Part shown: positions 1 to 19,200 of the stretch, in pieces
Layout of the letters: every line of letters begins with the position of its first letter
Numbering within the stretch: position 1 is the stretch's first letter
NCBI GenBank assembly: GCA_040954595.2
Contig: CM082582.2
Span: 7,566,063 to 7,630,062, forward strand
Origin: Balanoglossus misakiensis
Taxonomy: Eukaryota > Animalia > Hemichordata
Direction: 5' to 3'
Length of the DNA: 64,000 nucleotides
Translations under genes and position numbers: made by a program
The notes under the pieces: generated by a model
Told to the model about the DNA's origin: nothing
The model's input: the letters and a program-made list of their open reading frames with translations, nothing else
Databases searched by the model: none

Positions 1-2
1 GA

Positions 3-5128
<5,126 letters not shown>

Positions 5129-6863
5129 CTTTGCACACCCTCCTTTGGTATGACTGGCCTTGACCGGTATTCGTAAACTCTGTCCTAAATACCCGTAAGA
5201 GGACCACAGTCCGCTTAGCAGTCCCTTCGGTGATCGGGATACTGCACACCTGAACAGCACGATGGTGTAAATGGTTTTCCAAAATATCCTCAACACATGA
5301 CGTTATCGATATCGGTTCACTTGGTCGCAAATATCGAAGAAACAATGCAGAAAGGCAAGGCTCATGAATATGTTGTACGAGCTTTACGGATTGGTGAGCC
5401 CTCTCTTCGACACGTAGTAGCTCCAGTTCATCTCATGGTACCATATAAATTAATCCACAAAATGGTACAGCCACACAGACTCGCTGAATCCGGACGAACT
5501 TCCGAATTTGGGAACTATTTAGCCTATATTCTTCGTAAAATTTCTTTACAAGATGGCGGTTTTCGGTGTCGCGGCAGTCCTAATCGAAAACGAGGCTGGG
5601 AAATTGTCTAGGCGACAGTTTCAATGCATGGTGCCCCCTATACAACCAAATGAATACGCCCAGACAAGCTTGCCTGTTTCACTATCAAATAAAATGAAAT
5701 AGTTTCACAAGTTGACGATTTTAATCTCTTACAAACACCACAGACGTCGAAAGTCTTTTAGGTTTGCTTGTGATGATAATAAGACACGAAAATCGAAACT
5801 TAGCCTACAGTGCAGCATAGCATACCGAGTCCGGCGTTTGCAACGCGTTCTCTTTTCTGTTGAAGTCCATAGCAACGGAAAACGATGTATATCCGATAGT
5901 TCAGTCAGCCCTGTCAACTTTTACTTTACATAGCAATTTAAGAAATCCTGCATCAATCCACAAACATAGGAATGATTTGGATTAAACTGTTTTACTCTCG
6001 CCTCCTGGTCTGCTCAATATTGCCAGGAAAATGTCATTTTCTTGATTTAGGCCCAATATACAAAAAGTGGTGAAAGTACCGTCACAACCTTGAAGTGAAC
6101 CAGTAGACGAAAAACATAAACATAACACAGTGCCATTTACATACTTGTACTTGTTGAGATATGTTAGTTAAAAGTCTAAGATCCACCGGTAACAATCTTG
6201 AAATGCATTCATTTGATATTACTGGCCTAAATGTTTTCAGTTAGACCCAGGGCGTCACCTGTAAGCCCATGCATCGACTGGTTCTAGCTTTTTTCTAAAC
6301 TTAAATATAACAGTATTTTGGCGATTGTTTATCGGTTTCACAATTGTCAAACGATGAGCATCAAAGGCCCAGACCTTGCCCAGACCCAATCTAGGCCTAC
6401 GCGCATTTTCAAAGTTATAACATCTCTCGGGTAGGCCCTAGGCCTAAGTTGTGCATGCGAGAGTACCCTGGGGTGAGATTGACATTATGGCATGTGCCAC
6501 AAGCTTTTATATAATTAACTGGGCAGGATTCAGTAGGTCCTACTATTTTTAAAACACACTTCTAGGTCTTTTTTTTTCGGAGATGACCAAAGTCTATAAG
6601 CTAGGCCTATTGGTCATATGTTCCTATTTATGTTCATATTGGTGTGATCGCGTATTTGTCGTTTTATCTCTTTTACTTTATTGGTTGTACTGTTTGTGTT
6701 TTGTGACTTTTATTGGGAACGTGACCGCGGTGTTAGAAATAAAACCTGCATCCACCCGTATGATGAGTGTAATACAGTAGCGCCGGCCAGTTTCCTTTTA
6801 CCCACAATGCCCTTTCGTTCGATATACCCGGATGTTGGTCCTGGTAACCAAGCAGTTGTCAAC

Positions 6864-9809
6864 ATGGCGGACTCGGAGAGCTTGGACACCACTTCGGTGC
6901 AGGATCAGCAAGAAGATCCGCTGGCAGAGTTGTCTGATGAACATCTTGGACGTTTTGTCGAAGACTATGTGTAAGTTTCCACATATCGAACATGCATTGT
7001 TTTGAATAAAATGTTATTTAAGGGCAGAAAACAGTTAAATTGCAGTACCGAGACGCCCAACTGGTAAAGACTTCATCTCAATCTCACGGTGTTTTTTAGT
7101 TACATGTAGTTTTGGACTGTCGAAGCTGTTTTTCACGTTTGGATCTAGGGATACTGCATGGGTTTGTTTTAGTTTAGTAGCCGTACAATCGAGGCTACAT
7201 AATTCAGAAACTAAGATCACTGTCGTCGCTACTGTTCGATGACGTCAGCTGTATAAACATTTTAATTAGCACAGGGCAATCCCGCAAGTATTGATGATGG
7301 GCTAGGCATAGCTGCAGTCTCTGTCAATTTCATATGAGACATTATGACATTATTAGACATACATTCCAGCTAACAAGGCGTTTTGTCCTTTTCAGATCTG
7401 GAAATGCAATATTGGAAAATGAAACAATTATGTTTGAGAAGTTCCTCAAGCGAGTCGAACCCAACATGATGGTGTCTGCATCAGCGGCTCCAACGCCAAG
7501 CGTCTCCGTCCAGGACACCAGAATCATGAGAAAGCGATCAAAGTCCAAGGCAGGCGGCGTCGACAGACACCTCAAGTTGTCGGCGGAGCAGAAATGTGAC
7601 ATTGCGCAGAGGGAAATAGAAGAGCTAAGAGAAGAAATAGACAAGTTACAGGAAGATTCTGAGAAAGTTTTAGACACATACAAGGTATACAGCTTGCAGG
7701 GATAATCACCAAACAAAAAAATACATTTTGAATTTGTTATTGAGAATGAGAATCAAAATAATTCAATCTTTGAAGCAGTGTTGATGTTTAATCTCTGAAA
7801 ACTGTTCAAACATGTTGTTATATGTGTACACAATATTGGTGAAAGTTCACCCTTATTTGATCAGCCTACTCGTCTAGCGACATCAACATGCCCTTTTTAG
7901 GTCAAATGGACACTAATATGCCACTTCCGGATGTTCTTTACAGGCAATTATGGAAGAAGCTGACATGAGGCTGTCAGAAATAAAGAAGGCGTCATATGAA
8001 TTTGACAGAGACATTGTCAAGGGATCGGTCAACCCACGCACCGGTAAAATTGTCGCCGAGAAAGTTGTACGCTATTTTGATGATAAGGTTAGACAAAGGG
8101 ACACACTCATAGAAAAACTAAGATTGAAGAATTCCACTCTTAAAGTGCAGAAGAAAAAATTACAGCTACAGTTAAAACAGGTAGGTGACGCTGATAGAAA
8201 GGTTTTAACGTTACCATCACTGAATGTCATTGTCAGGGATTTGGTTAAATAATTGGGGAAGAAAGGCAGAGTTCATAATGCTGGATTGTAAAAAATACTA
8301 CATTATGTAACAAAGTACCTAAATGCGGGTATGGTCAAAAGTGATTTCATACTGTGCTTTGTGAATTGATTGGACAGAAACCAAACGACATAATGAGTGA
8401 ATGCACACCTGTCTTGATATGCCCATTGTCTATTTCATCATTGACATAAGATAAACCATCCGTTGCCAATTAATGCAAAGTATAGGAACACCTGTGTAAA
8501 AGAAAAGACCATGCAAGCCTTGCACAATACATCAAGTAATAAATCATGCTTTTTGTCTTGTGTCGACAATAACTAGAAAGAAGAAATGGGTGAAGTGTTA
8601 CACGAGGTGGACTTCCAGCAGTTGAAGATCGAGAACAGTCAGTATTTAGAAAAGATTGATGAAAGAAACCAAGATTTGTTGAGACTAAAACTGATGGCGG
8701 GTAACACTCTACAAGTGCTCAACACATACAAGGTAAGAATAAATGTCAACTTCCAACCAGTGGCAGTGTGTGTCCCTTTCATTTTGTACTTTGAATGTAC
8801 ATGTAACTTTGAATGTACCGGTATCTTAAATGTACACAGTCAAATATGCAAATGTTGTCACTGTTACCATCGAAAATTCAAATATAGCCAATCATTGGTT
8901 TTCTATACGATAAAAAGTGTATTTTTAATTGTATTTTTGGTAATGACCCTGTTCACTGTTTGTATCTCGACAGAAAAAGTTGCACACACTTACCATGGAA
9001 TCTGACAGATTGGCCACCGAGATATCGTCCCGCAATGAATTGCTTGTGCGAATAGATGCGGAAACAGAGCAGGTTGAAGTGGTAGGTACCACATCTCCAT
9101 TCCCTTCCAATATCCTGAAAAATGTCATGGTGCCTTTGTATTTTCTGGTGTTTAATCCAATCACCCCCACTTCCCTCTTTAGAGGTCCAACCTTACCATA
9201 GCAAACTATGGGTTTGGGTTGAATCATGTTGGTGAAAAGGTTAGCTAGTCTGATAAGGGTTTTAGTATGATTTCTTGTCATACTGATGATCTTCCTCCTC
9301 TGATTTTTAGGAGAGGGCCAAAGCGGAGAGGTTAAACAGAGGTCTGCGTCAGCAATTAGACGACTACAAAGTGCCAGAAGTGGTGGAGTACGTCAGAGAG
9401 AAAAACGACCTGTATGACTTGAATAAGACCGTCCGAAGCTGGGAGAGAAAGGTGGAGATAGCTGAGGTCAGTTTGTGTGCCAGGGTGTGCATTGAATGTG
9501 ACAAGTGGTCAGTCAACCATGACAGGAAAATTTGTTGTTTAGTGGCACTCTCTCATGATTGCTATTTCGTTTTTATTCGAAATGCACGAAATTTAACTTG
9601 GAAGCGTATTAAAATCGCTCAGTAGAACTTGCAATAATTTTTTCAAACATCAAGGTAAAAAGGAAACCACTGATCACCAAGTAGTAATACCATGTTCCTT
9701 TACCTACCAACAGATGGCACTGAACACACACAGGAAAACGTGGTACCAGTTGAAAGTTGCCAGTCAACAGAACAACCCCTGGGTGATGCAACCAGTCAAG
9801 ATGAGCTAG
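6864..9809 (+). CDS. CCDC113: Coiled-coil domain-containing protein 113 (CFAP263), ~382 aa
   Basis: Exons 6864-6970, 7396-7684, 7944-8180, 8577-8732, 8974-9081, 9311-9466, 9714-9809; phases are consistent. Motifs LSAEQKCDIAQREIEEL and KEEMGEVLHEVDFQQLKIEN are typical of DUF4201/CCDC113. Confidence 0.93.
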
Positions 9810-10397
9810 ACGGACAGCGACGGCATAAAGTCGTGTACAATGGAGATCAAATGACAAATGCTATCAAACATAGAGAGAGACTCTGCATTCTTTACTCAAA
9901 CCCGACAACACTCTAAATTTTTTTTAACCAACAGCATCTTTGTAAATATTCCCAAATGTGTGAAAAAGTACTTGTGAGTACTTGTGAAAAACGTTGGGGG
10001 ATTAAAATTATGTTATTTTTTTGTATTCTCATGTAGACTGTGGTTGATGGTTTTTGCTGACAAGTAAAACCAGCCATAAGAAGGTTCCCTCTTTCTTTCA
10101 CTTTGCAAACCATTGTTGTACATTTGGGTCTGAAGTCCTCTGATTGTTGAGATCACTTCATTTATTATGTGTAAATATTTTTTGAAAGTTTAATTAATAA
10201 ACCAAGTGTATGAAATTACTGTGATTGGAGTTTCTTGTGCACAAATGCACAAAGCTAGGCGGCACTGATAGCGCCACCAAGTACGTGAGGAGAAAAGTTG
10301 AGTGACCTTTGACATCATTGAAAACGAGGCGACGCGTTACCTGTACGTTGTGTACGTTCTGACAACACTTGATTCTTGATCAAAATCGCTCGCCATC

Positions 10398-12647
10398 ATG
10401 AAGTTAGTGAGGTAAGGAACATTTCTATCATAATCATTGGATTGTTTATATCACTCCGATGTACCACAGCTATGTTTTACGTTATTATTTTGCACGTGAT
10501 CGAAGGAAAACGTTACCACAACAAGGATGTTCTCCTTTGTGTCACGGTGTATGTTTCACTAAATGTACTATGTTGTAGTTTCAATTTAGTGTATGTTACT
10601 GGGCTTACTCTGAAATATTCGCAATGTTTTATGTTCGACCACGTTATAATTCACTGTGGTCTGTTGAAGTTTCAGCGTCTATTGGTGCGTGAATCACACT
10701 TCAAAATTTGCAAGTGGTATTCCTCAACACATTGTTTGGGTTAGCATCAGTAGACTAACAGCAGTACCATAGCTCGACGTTTCGCCTGTTTTGGGGAGTT
10801 TGACTGCATAAATATGCCACCTAACACCAGGCAAAACCTTGAGCTGTGGTATTGCAGCTATAGTCTGACAGGCCTAGTGCTAATGATATCAGTGTCCAAA
10901 CAGTCGTACTGTATCATTGCTCGCTCATGGGGTTTTCTCCATCCATGGACGTATGTGGTACGTAAATCCTTTTGGGTACCAACTGATGAGTGTGCATATC
11001 AATGTGGTGTGCACACGCTTCGATGGTGTTAATGGGTACTACTCTATAGACTCTGAAACGAAAGGCTGTATTTAGTGATTGGCTGCCTACTGAACTGGAA
11101 ATATGCTGTGACAGTCAAACTTTTTACTTGTAATGGTGGCATTTCCAGAGAGCTAAGTCCACAGCTGATGGTGCCATGTCTGTTGGAGTTCGCAGGCGGG
11201 CTGGGAAACACGCTTAATGTTCTCTCGTTTTTCAAACATGCTTGATTTTATGCACAGGTTTTTGATGAAGCTGAGTCATGAAACGGTGACAATAGAATTG
11301 AAGAACGGAACCCTGGTACACGGTACAATCACAGGTCTGTCGTCCAAACACATGGTACATCACAGGAGCTTTACTTGCAAAACCAAATATGTGTATTTCT
11401 GAAGGCTGATGTATTTTATAGTAGTCTATGGACAGATGGGAGCAGACAATACCTATCCGTCTGTATAACGTTTATTATTGACTCATTATGGAACCGTTGC
11501 AGAAAAACCAGAGTATTCTCATATGGTGATTTATATACAGCTTTAACTGTAGTAAAGCTGTCACACAACTGATAATAACAGAAACTACACACTATAAATA
11601 GTAAAAGAAGCGAGTGTATAATTAAACTTATGTAGTTTTTTTGCATTTCACATTGGATCCAGTCTTTAGAAATCTGTATACCCAAAAAGAATGTTCATAT
11701 TGGTATACGATCCCTTTCTGGTTATCTGAAATGTGATAAAGACAGAAATGGGAACTAGGGCTCCAAAATACTTTAACCACACTTCTCAGCACAAGCAAGA
11801 AAATGCTTGTTAAAGAGTCTGGTCTGTCATGATGTCATGTGTGTGGTATTATCTACTTTCCTTGCATTGAGAAATCCAATGACGATTAGGTTGTGACTAG
11901 CACCTTGAGTATTGTCAGGTAAAGTATGGGGAGACTTGAACACATTCGCTGAAGATGGCGGTACAAGTACTTTGTAGTACTGGTTCGCGTCACTTCAGAG
12001 AATGCTGTGCAGACTATTGTCATTTCTCTGACTTTCCCCCCGGTTTACTTCCAGGTGTGGACGTGAGCATGAACACCCACCTGAAGTCGGTCAAGATGAC
12101 CGTGAAGAACAAAGAACCCGTCCAACTTGACACGCTGAGCATCCGGGGGAACAACATCCGCTACTTCATACTGCCGGACAGTTTGCCGCTGGACACACTG
12201 CTGGTGGACGACACGCCCAAAGCAAAGGCAAAGAAGAAGGAAGCAGGTGGGTGACAGAGATGTGCAAACATGGTGAGGGGGGGGGGGGGGTCAGGCTTCA
12301 TGGACACTGGTCAAGTCACATAGCTGATGGGTCTTTGTCCCAGTCGGTGAATGAGAACATTTTTACCCACTACCCCAAGTAGCCAAGTAGGTGAGAAAAT
12401 TCCTTGAAAATTGACTCAGACATGACCATCTTCATTGAGTGACACTCTGACCTTGTATTGTGAGGTGATGTTTCAATAACAAGATATTATAGTAATTGAA
12501 ATTCAAATATTTGGAATATTATGAAAATTCTGCTTTTATATGCTAATCAGTTGGTATACTTTTTTTCCCCCAGCTGTTGGTCGTGGCAGAGCCAGGGGTC
12601 GCGGTAGAGGTCGCGGACGTGGCAGAGGAAGAGGTCGGGGAAGATAA
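10398..12647 (+). CDS. SNRPD1: Small nuclear ribonucleoprotein Sm D1, 118 aa
   Basis: Exons 10398-10411, 11258-11334, 12055-12246, 12574-12647. Reads [22 protein letters not shown]...[23 protein letters not shown] with a C-terminal RG-repeat tail. Confidence 0.98.
10751..11213 (+). ncRNA. Candidate structured intronic RNA (sno/scaRNA-like or regulatory) in Sm D1 intron 1
   Basis: Several hand-verified stems with G-U pairs on the sense strand, e.g. 10761-10775 with 10841-10855 (15 bp). ACA triplets follow hairpins at 10868 and 11208. No family was recognised. Confidence 0.4.
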
Positions 12648-13586
12648 ATCATCCATACCATCACTCTATTTAAAAGTACATTTATGTTGATTATCGTGAT
12701 ATACAGCCTGTAACTTTTCAAATTGAGAATACTGCATATAATTTTAGTCTTTCATGTTTTTGGCTACCTCTGTACTTCATTGAAAAGTGCATGTGGCCAT
12801 TCAAGCAATTCATGGCTACCAGTGAAGTTTTGTTTTTGACTAGTTTCATTTCTCAGTAAGTGTATTGTATTTTTTTATAAACTACTCGAGTGACTTAGGA
12901 AATTGTAGTACTATTTGAACTTTTACAGTGCTGCATTGGACGTGGTTGTATGACAAGTTCTGTTTGACTTGCCCATGCAACAAGGTAGCAATTTATCGGA
13001 GTAAATTACTCCCTCTCTGTTACTAGTGAAGTAAAACTCTGCGAGGTGCCTGAGAGCCATGTGGAAGAATGAATGGTCATCTTGCTGGACCATCCATCCC
13101 TGGAGATGATAAAGTGATAGTCAATTAAGTCATGTAATACTGCAGATGTAATATTACCACTGTTGGTGTACAAATATTTGTTAGACATGACTAATCATGA
13201 TTTGTTTTGTTGATTTTATCTGTTGATACCTTTTTATCTTCAATTCCCTCCCCGTGGATTTAGAGGAAGAGGGAGTCCCTTGGTCTAATGGGAGAAATAT
13301 GTTTTGTGATGTCACTGTCTGGAATCGTGTTGTCACTGCCCATTGTAAAATAACATTTATTTTTCATGTTTTACAATAAAGTATCAACTATTTCTTACAT
13401 TGCTGTAGTCACTTTCATCAAGGACTTTGTGTGTGTGTTTGAATGCAAGAATGTAATTGTATGCATCCAAAGCACCTCTGGTAACTGGTTGTGAGTTCAG
13501 ATTAACACATGGCGTCAGAACCCAAGATCCTTGGCAAACTTGGCTCATTGTACAATGTTGTACCCTCTAGTGTACAACAGATGAAT

Positions 13587-15819
13587 TCAAAAATGTGAGA
13601 AATTCTTTCTCCGCCTCACAAACTCAGGATTGTACTGTGAATTATATCTCCGTTCTCGGTCGTCAAGATTGGCATCATCTTTGTGGCTGCTGCTTTCTTC
13701 ACTTTGTCCAGATAACAATCTACTGGCTTTTGCTCGCTCTGCAGCCTCCCTCCGAAGTCTCTGAGCTCTCAATTCTTCTATCGTCACTTTTTTGCTTTCT
13801 TTTTCACTGTCCTTGTCGTTTTTCTTGTGCTTGTGTTTATGTTTTGATTTGTCCTGTGAATGGGATGATTACTTCATTTTAGTTTTGCAAACAAACAATC
13901 TTAGTGCATGTTTCCAAACATAATAGCGCCCTCTACGACATCATGGTTTGCTCCTTTCGAAGAGGTGCAGAAGAATTCAATTGAAAGTGTTACAAAAAAT
14001 GAAGCAGAGAAAAGATGCGTATGGATATTTTCATAAATGAATTTAACTTGGTTACGTTTCTGCGATTGCATGCATAACATATCGTGGGAAAATTGGTTAC
14101 CTTTCCTTTCGATGTATCTGTCTCTGAATGATGTTTATGCCTATGTTTATGCTTGTGTTTATGTGTTTTCTTCATGTACTTTTCCATTTGAAGCAAGGGG
14201 TCCATTGTCATTTTACGCTTGGCATCCACAGTACTGAAAACAAAAAAAAACCCAAAGGTTTGCAGAGAAATAGGCCAATACTCAACATGCCACATGTCAA
14301 GAATTGTTTGTGAATGAATTTTATTCAAGAAGTCACCTGAAGAAGTCATCTCTCACTACATATCACAGTTATAGATTACTATAGGATTGTAATGAGGGGA
14401 ACAGCAAGATTCCATATCCAGCAGGATAAACATTTTTGAACAAAAAACAAATGATTTTTTTCTAAAAAGTTGCAATGATCATTTACTTAAAAATATTGAG
14501 TATGGGGTTATAATAGGAATACCTGTTACTCGCCTCTTCATCCTCTGTCTTCTGTTTCTTTGGTGGAGCGAAATACCATGGACTTGATTCTGTGGGATGA
14601 GAAAATGCAGTTTTAGACATGATGCAATATCTTTTACAAGCTTTCCGAGGTGTCCATAGAGATGTTTACAAAATGTAAATGCCAACTTGACGATAGAATA
14701 TCAAATACATGCTTCACTTTACTTTTAGATTCCACAGCACTCTCTCCGAGGTAGGTTAGCAGTCCAATCTTCCTTTCATATTTTTCTTTCTCCATTTTTT
14801 TCTCCTCCTCATGTTCTTTGTTGACACCGCCAGTTTTCTTCTGTACATGACAGATAAATGTGAAATCGTGGCTTCAGTAACTTGCAACACCAATCACCAT
14901 TTGAGGCAATTACAGGAACCAATATAACTGACTTACCCCTTCTTCAATTTCTGAAAAGAAATTCACATTTCCTCTGCGACTGTCTTCTACTGTGGCGATG
15001 GCACTCTCTGCCTCATCACCATGGTGACGTTTTCTAGCTCTGTCTCGGAGGAGAGCAGTCCTGGACTCTTGCTCCTGAATATAATTTATAACGTTGATGA
15101 AACTATTTAACATTTCAATTACCTCTTTTTTCCTCTGTATCAATATTTTTTTCTCGGATGGACGTGAAAACACCATCAATTTCAACACTTATATGTCACA
15201 TGACTCTGAAAGGAATCTACTCACGGCAAGAGCTTGTCTTCGTTGTCTTTCTTTCTCTTCAGTAGCTGCTTGCTCTTCATCACGTCTGACCCTTGCAATG
15301 TTGTCCTTGTTAAGTACATGCCACCTGTATATAACAGCAGACAAGATTTTGCCAATGGATGCTAAAGGACTGTCAGAAAACAATTTTACACTTTAAAGGG
15401 CAAGTGAGTGTCAGGTAATTAGACGTCTAGTGGATAACTGTCATAGATTTACAGCCCTCATCTTTCTACTAGTAGTACCCACATACTGTCATTTAATACT
15501 GATGGCAAGGTGATCCAGTCTCGCCTTGAGGGGACGTGATAGTCTGTTCCACGATCACACGATGTGATCAACAGATGTAGTTCACAGACTGTGTTTAACC
15601 CCCTCCCCACTGGCTCTGGATTCACACTGGCTGTGCCCCCCCCCCCCCCCTGTGTCAAGCTGTGATGACCAGCTGTGAAATCAGCATAGAGCTGTTGAGT
15701 TTGCCTTTCTTTCTGTCCCAGCCCTGTCACGTAGATCCAGTCCACTGAACAAATAGTAACATTTTTGTCTCACTAGTAGACCTATGATATTCATACCTCT
15801 TCTTCGGCAAAATATTCAT
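13587..15819 (-). CDS. LENG1: Leukocyte receptor cluster member 1 homolog (CIR_N domain), ~281 aa
   Basis: Exons 15819-15797, 15324-15225, 15074-14937, 14840-14723, 14589-14523, 14233-14101, 13853-13587. N-terminus [24 protein letters not shown]; C-terminus [17 protein letters not shown]...YNSQYNP. Confidence 0.93.
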
Positions 15820-16219
15820 CCTGTAAACCTTCTTACAGGGATTATAAGTAAACGCAACACAGACGAACACGTATGAAGTAAACACAGATCAGCAAGTTCT
15901 CAGGTCAAAGTTGAGGAAACCCCTTTTCCCATCATACCTTCCGTATGTAGAAACGACTACTTAAAAGGGGCGGGCAGCATTCCATTGCGAAATAGGGTAA
16001 ATCTTTATCGCCTTCTGTCAAAATCAGAGTTACGTGAATTTGAATTATGATTGTAGATTTATATCTTTAAGTCATACTTACCAAACACTGACAACCGCAG
16101 TCCGCTATTTTCTTCAGCAGTATTGGTAAGATCCATCCTCGCTTCAAAATAGTTTATCCCTAATTTCCCCACTACTTCCTGTTCTCACAGTTTGCAAGAG
16201 GTCTGCCAACGTTCGAAAA
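15820..16219. promoter_or_regulatory. Probable bidirectional promoter of LENG1 and CEP72
   Basis: The divergent start codons are only 400 bp apart; a GC box GGGGCGGG lies at ~15967. Confidence 0.6.
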
Positions 16220-19200
16220 ATGGCGCTCACCATAACAGAAGATTGGATCCGAGAGAGGGTTCAGCTGAAACACGATAATTTATGTAAGTCATATTCGCAT
16301 CATTACTTGCACCATTTTCAACTCCTTTAAAGATCGAGTGTATAGTGTGTTCTGTTTTAGTGGGTCTTTGGGAATCGCGCGGAAGGCGACGACACGTCAA
16401 CTCAGATCTCGATCGCGTTGAAAGGGGAGTGTAACCCTGTAACTGATTCTCTGCTCAGTCCATGATACAGTTACAGTATTTTTACCCTTTAAAATATTAT
16501 TATATGAGCTTCAATACAGAGGAAAAATCACGTTCCTGTATTTCCTAATATTTTGCACGTTTGGTTTTCCGTATGTGCTTTGCAGAAGGTATTTAAAACA
16601 TTGAAAACTCTCAGGCTAGTGTTTGCTTTGATCAGTTTCAGTAGTACTACAAACATGTACATGTACTTTAATTTCAAAAACTTAGACTTTTGTCCAGTCT
16701 TTCTCTTTGATAATTATGCAACCGTGAAAATCAATGAACGTTTTCTCGAATTTGACATCTGGATCAGGATTAATACCTACGGTTTGCTATTGAATGAACT
16801 TTCAAAGCGAATATGAAAGGGACAAATGCAAACAAAAGTAATCTTGGACAAACATTGAACTAACGGTCAGATTATTTTCTTTCATGGTTTTTAATCCAAA
16901 ATCACAATTACTTTTTTATATTATGAATTTCTAAAACTTGTTGCCAAGGGCATGCAACCAAGGGATTTGATAATTTGTCAATTTAATTTAAATGTCTATT
17001 GTTAATGTGTGTCAGGTATGACTATAACAAGTCAGGCTTGTGTTGTGGTCATGTTGATACATGTTAGTAACTGACAATGAATTGTAAATACTACTATGCT
17101 AACACACTTAGCCCTGTAATTATCAGCAGAAAATCTACAAATAATGTCAAAAATCATTTTTCCCCACAAAAATTGTGAAAATCGTAACATTTTTAAGTAT
17201 CAGAGCCTCGGGCTAGTGTTAACAGTGATGTAAAATTGACTTTTGTGGCTTAGTGTTCTTGTCTGGATGTAGTTATTGTGTTACTGAAGCACAAAAGTTG
17301 TTGACTTTTAGTTGAGCTGTTTGCATTTTATACTTGAAGTTGTTTGTAGTGTTGTCCTTTCCCAATCAATTTGAATTATTGGTCATCAGACCAGTGCTAT
17401 AGCAAATTCGTGTGTAGACATAAGATTTTTATGCCTGACAAGTGTAGACTGTACATTCATAGTAAGATATGTTAGTCCTAACAGGTGTGGCCAGATATAA
17501 ATGTCAATGTATAGGCTCTAAGAGTGCCTATTTCCCTCCTGTTATACACCTGATTCAGGAGTGCAAAAATTGAGATTTCTCAATGGGAATGTTAAAGTAC
17601 ATGTACATCTATTGCATAATTACCAATGTGACACTAAATCTACCACTAATAATGGGCTCTGTATGCATAAAGACCCCAGTTATGTGGAAATTAGCCTGAG
17701 GTTTAATAGAATGAAACAGCTGTTGGCATCAACACTTGTGCAGTATATCTGTTTGTGACTCCAGTATCACTGTGAAACAGACAACATAAAATTCTGTAAT
17801 ATCATCCTTCCTTGACACATACACAATTTATACACAACCTTTTGCTGTGTTATTTCCACAGTTAAGTTTTAAATTCTTTATGAGTCGCAGAATACAACTT
17901 TGTTACAGAGGCTGCCTAATCTGACAAATTAGTACACTATAATCTGCATTCGGTGCACAGACATTAAAGTGTGATTACTGTCCGTAAGAGGAAGACCAAT
18001 ACACAAATGCACAAAATTATGGACACCCTGGCAGAGTATTGATTTTTGTTGACCAGCAGGCTACAGACGTCAGACATACTCATTGATCTGTACACACGAC
18101 TCTTGATTTCCGACAATTATTTATGTGGAGTTCCATTGTGTAAGCACAATGGTGTGCACGTCAATACTGGTCTTTACCTGGTAATTTTGCAGGACTTAGA
18201 CTGCCTAAGGTGGTCAGTGTAGTTCTATTTGGGTTGATGTCAGTGACAGTCATGCCATATAGAAGTTACTATTACATGTATGATGTAATCTTATTATTAG
18301 TCTAAAATAAATCTTAAGTATTTGTAGATTTGCTTACAGCTTTCGTCCGTATGAAGTCTTTCAGTTGGAAAAAAAAGGACATGAATTCTTGCTGCAATCA
18401 ATGGAAAAATACAATGCCACGGTATGTTTCAATACTGGCATTTTTTTTGTCTTGTATGTAGGTGATGTCAGGTCTCTCACACTACCGGGAACCTACCACG
18501 AAAAAATTGCCCACCTGGGACACTCGTTGCGAAATCTGCAGAGGCTGAAGCACCTGGATCTATCAAGGAATGGCCTTGGCAGTCTAGAAGGACTGGAGCA
18601 TCTCAAACTTTTGGAAAAACTCAACCTGTATCCTTGGTGATGGTTACCATGAGGATCAAGAAATCATTCTTGATTGATGGAGAATTGAAATTGCTATCCA
18701 GTGGCAGTAATAGTGTTTATTCAAGATTTACTAGTACCTGTATACTTCAGTTTACTTGCTATTTAGTGTGTCATTCGAAAACATCAAATATCCACCTGAT
18801 ACACATAACAAAATACTGGGGAAAATGACCTCTAAACTTTATACTTTGAATGAAGTCTTCTGATCTTTCCAGTTTCCCTCAACTCCTCCACTCAGCTATT
18901 ACAACAACATATCCACGTTGAATGACCTGTACAAATTGAGACACAACACCAACTTGCAGGAATTGGACTTGAGGTTGAATCCAGTCACCCAGAACGAGCC
19001 AGACTATCGCTTATTTCTAGTTCATATGCTGCCAAACCTCAGGAAACTTGGTAAGAATCCATAGTGACCATGTTTTTTATTTCTACCGATGATCTTTCTT
19101 GCATGCTTTTTACTTGATCAGTGACATTTTGGTGATGAGTTCCAGAACGCTTCGCCATTGATGCTGGTTTCATATAGGATGGTAAACGTTAAAACCACAG

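Noticed and set aside
10983-11065. CTGATGAG followed by a stem, resembling a hammerhead ribozyme core
   Set aside because: The stem is followed by GCTTCG rather than GAAA, and the later CGAAA cannot close stem II.
17099-17222. Possible TTAA-type MITE in CEP72 intron 1
   Set aside because: The inverted ends are short and imperfect, so it cannot be supported without copy-number data.
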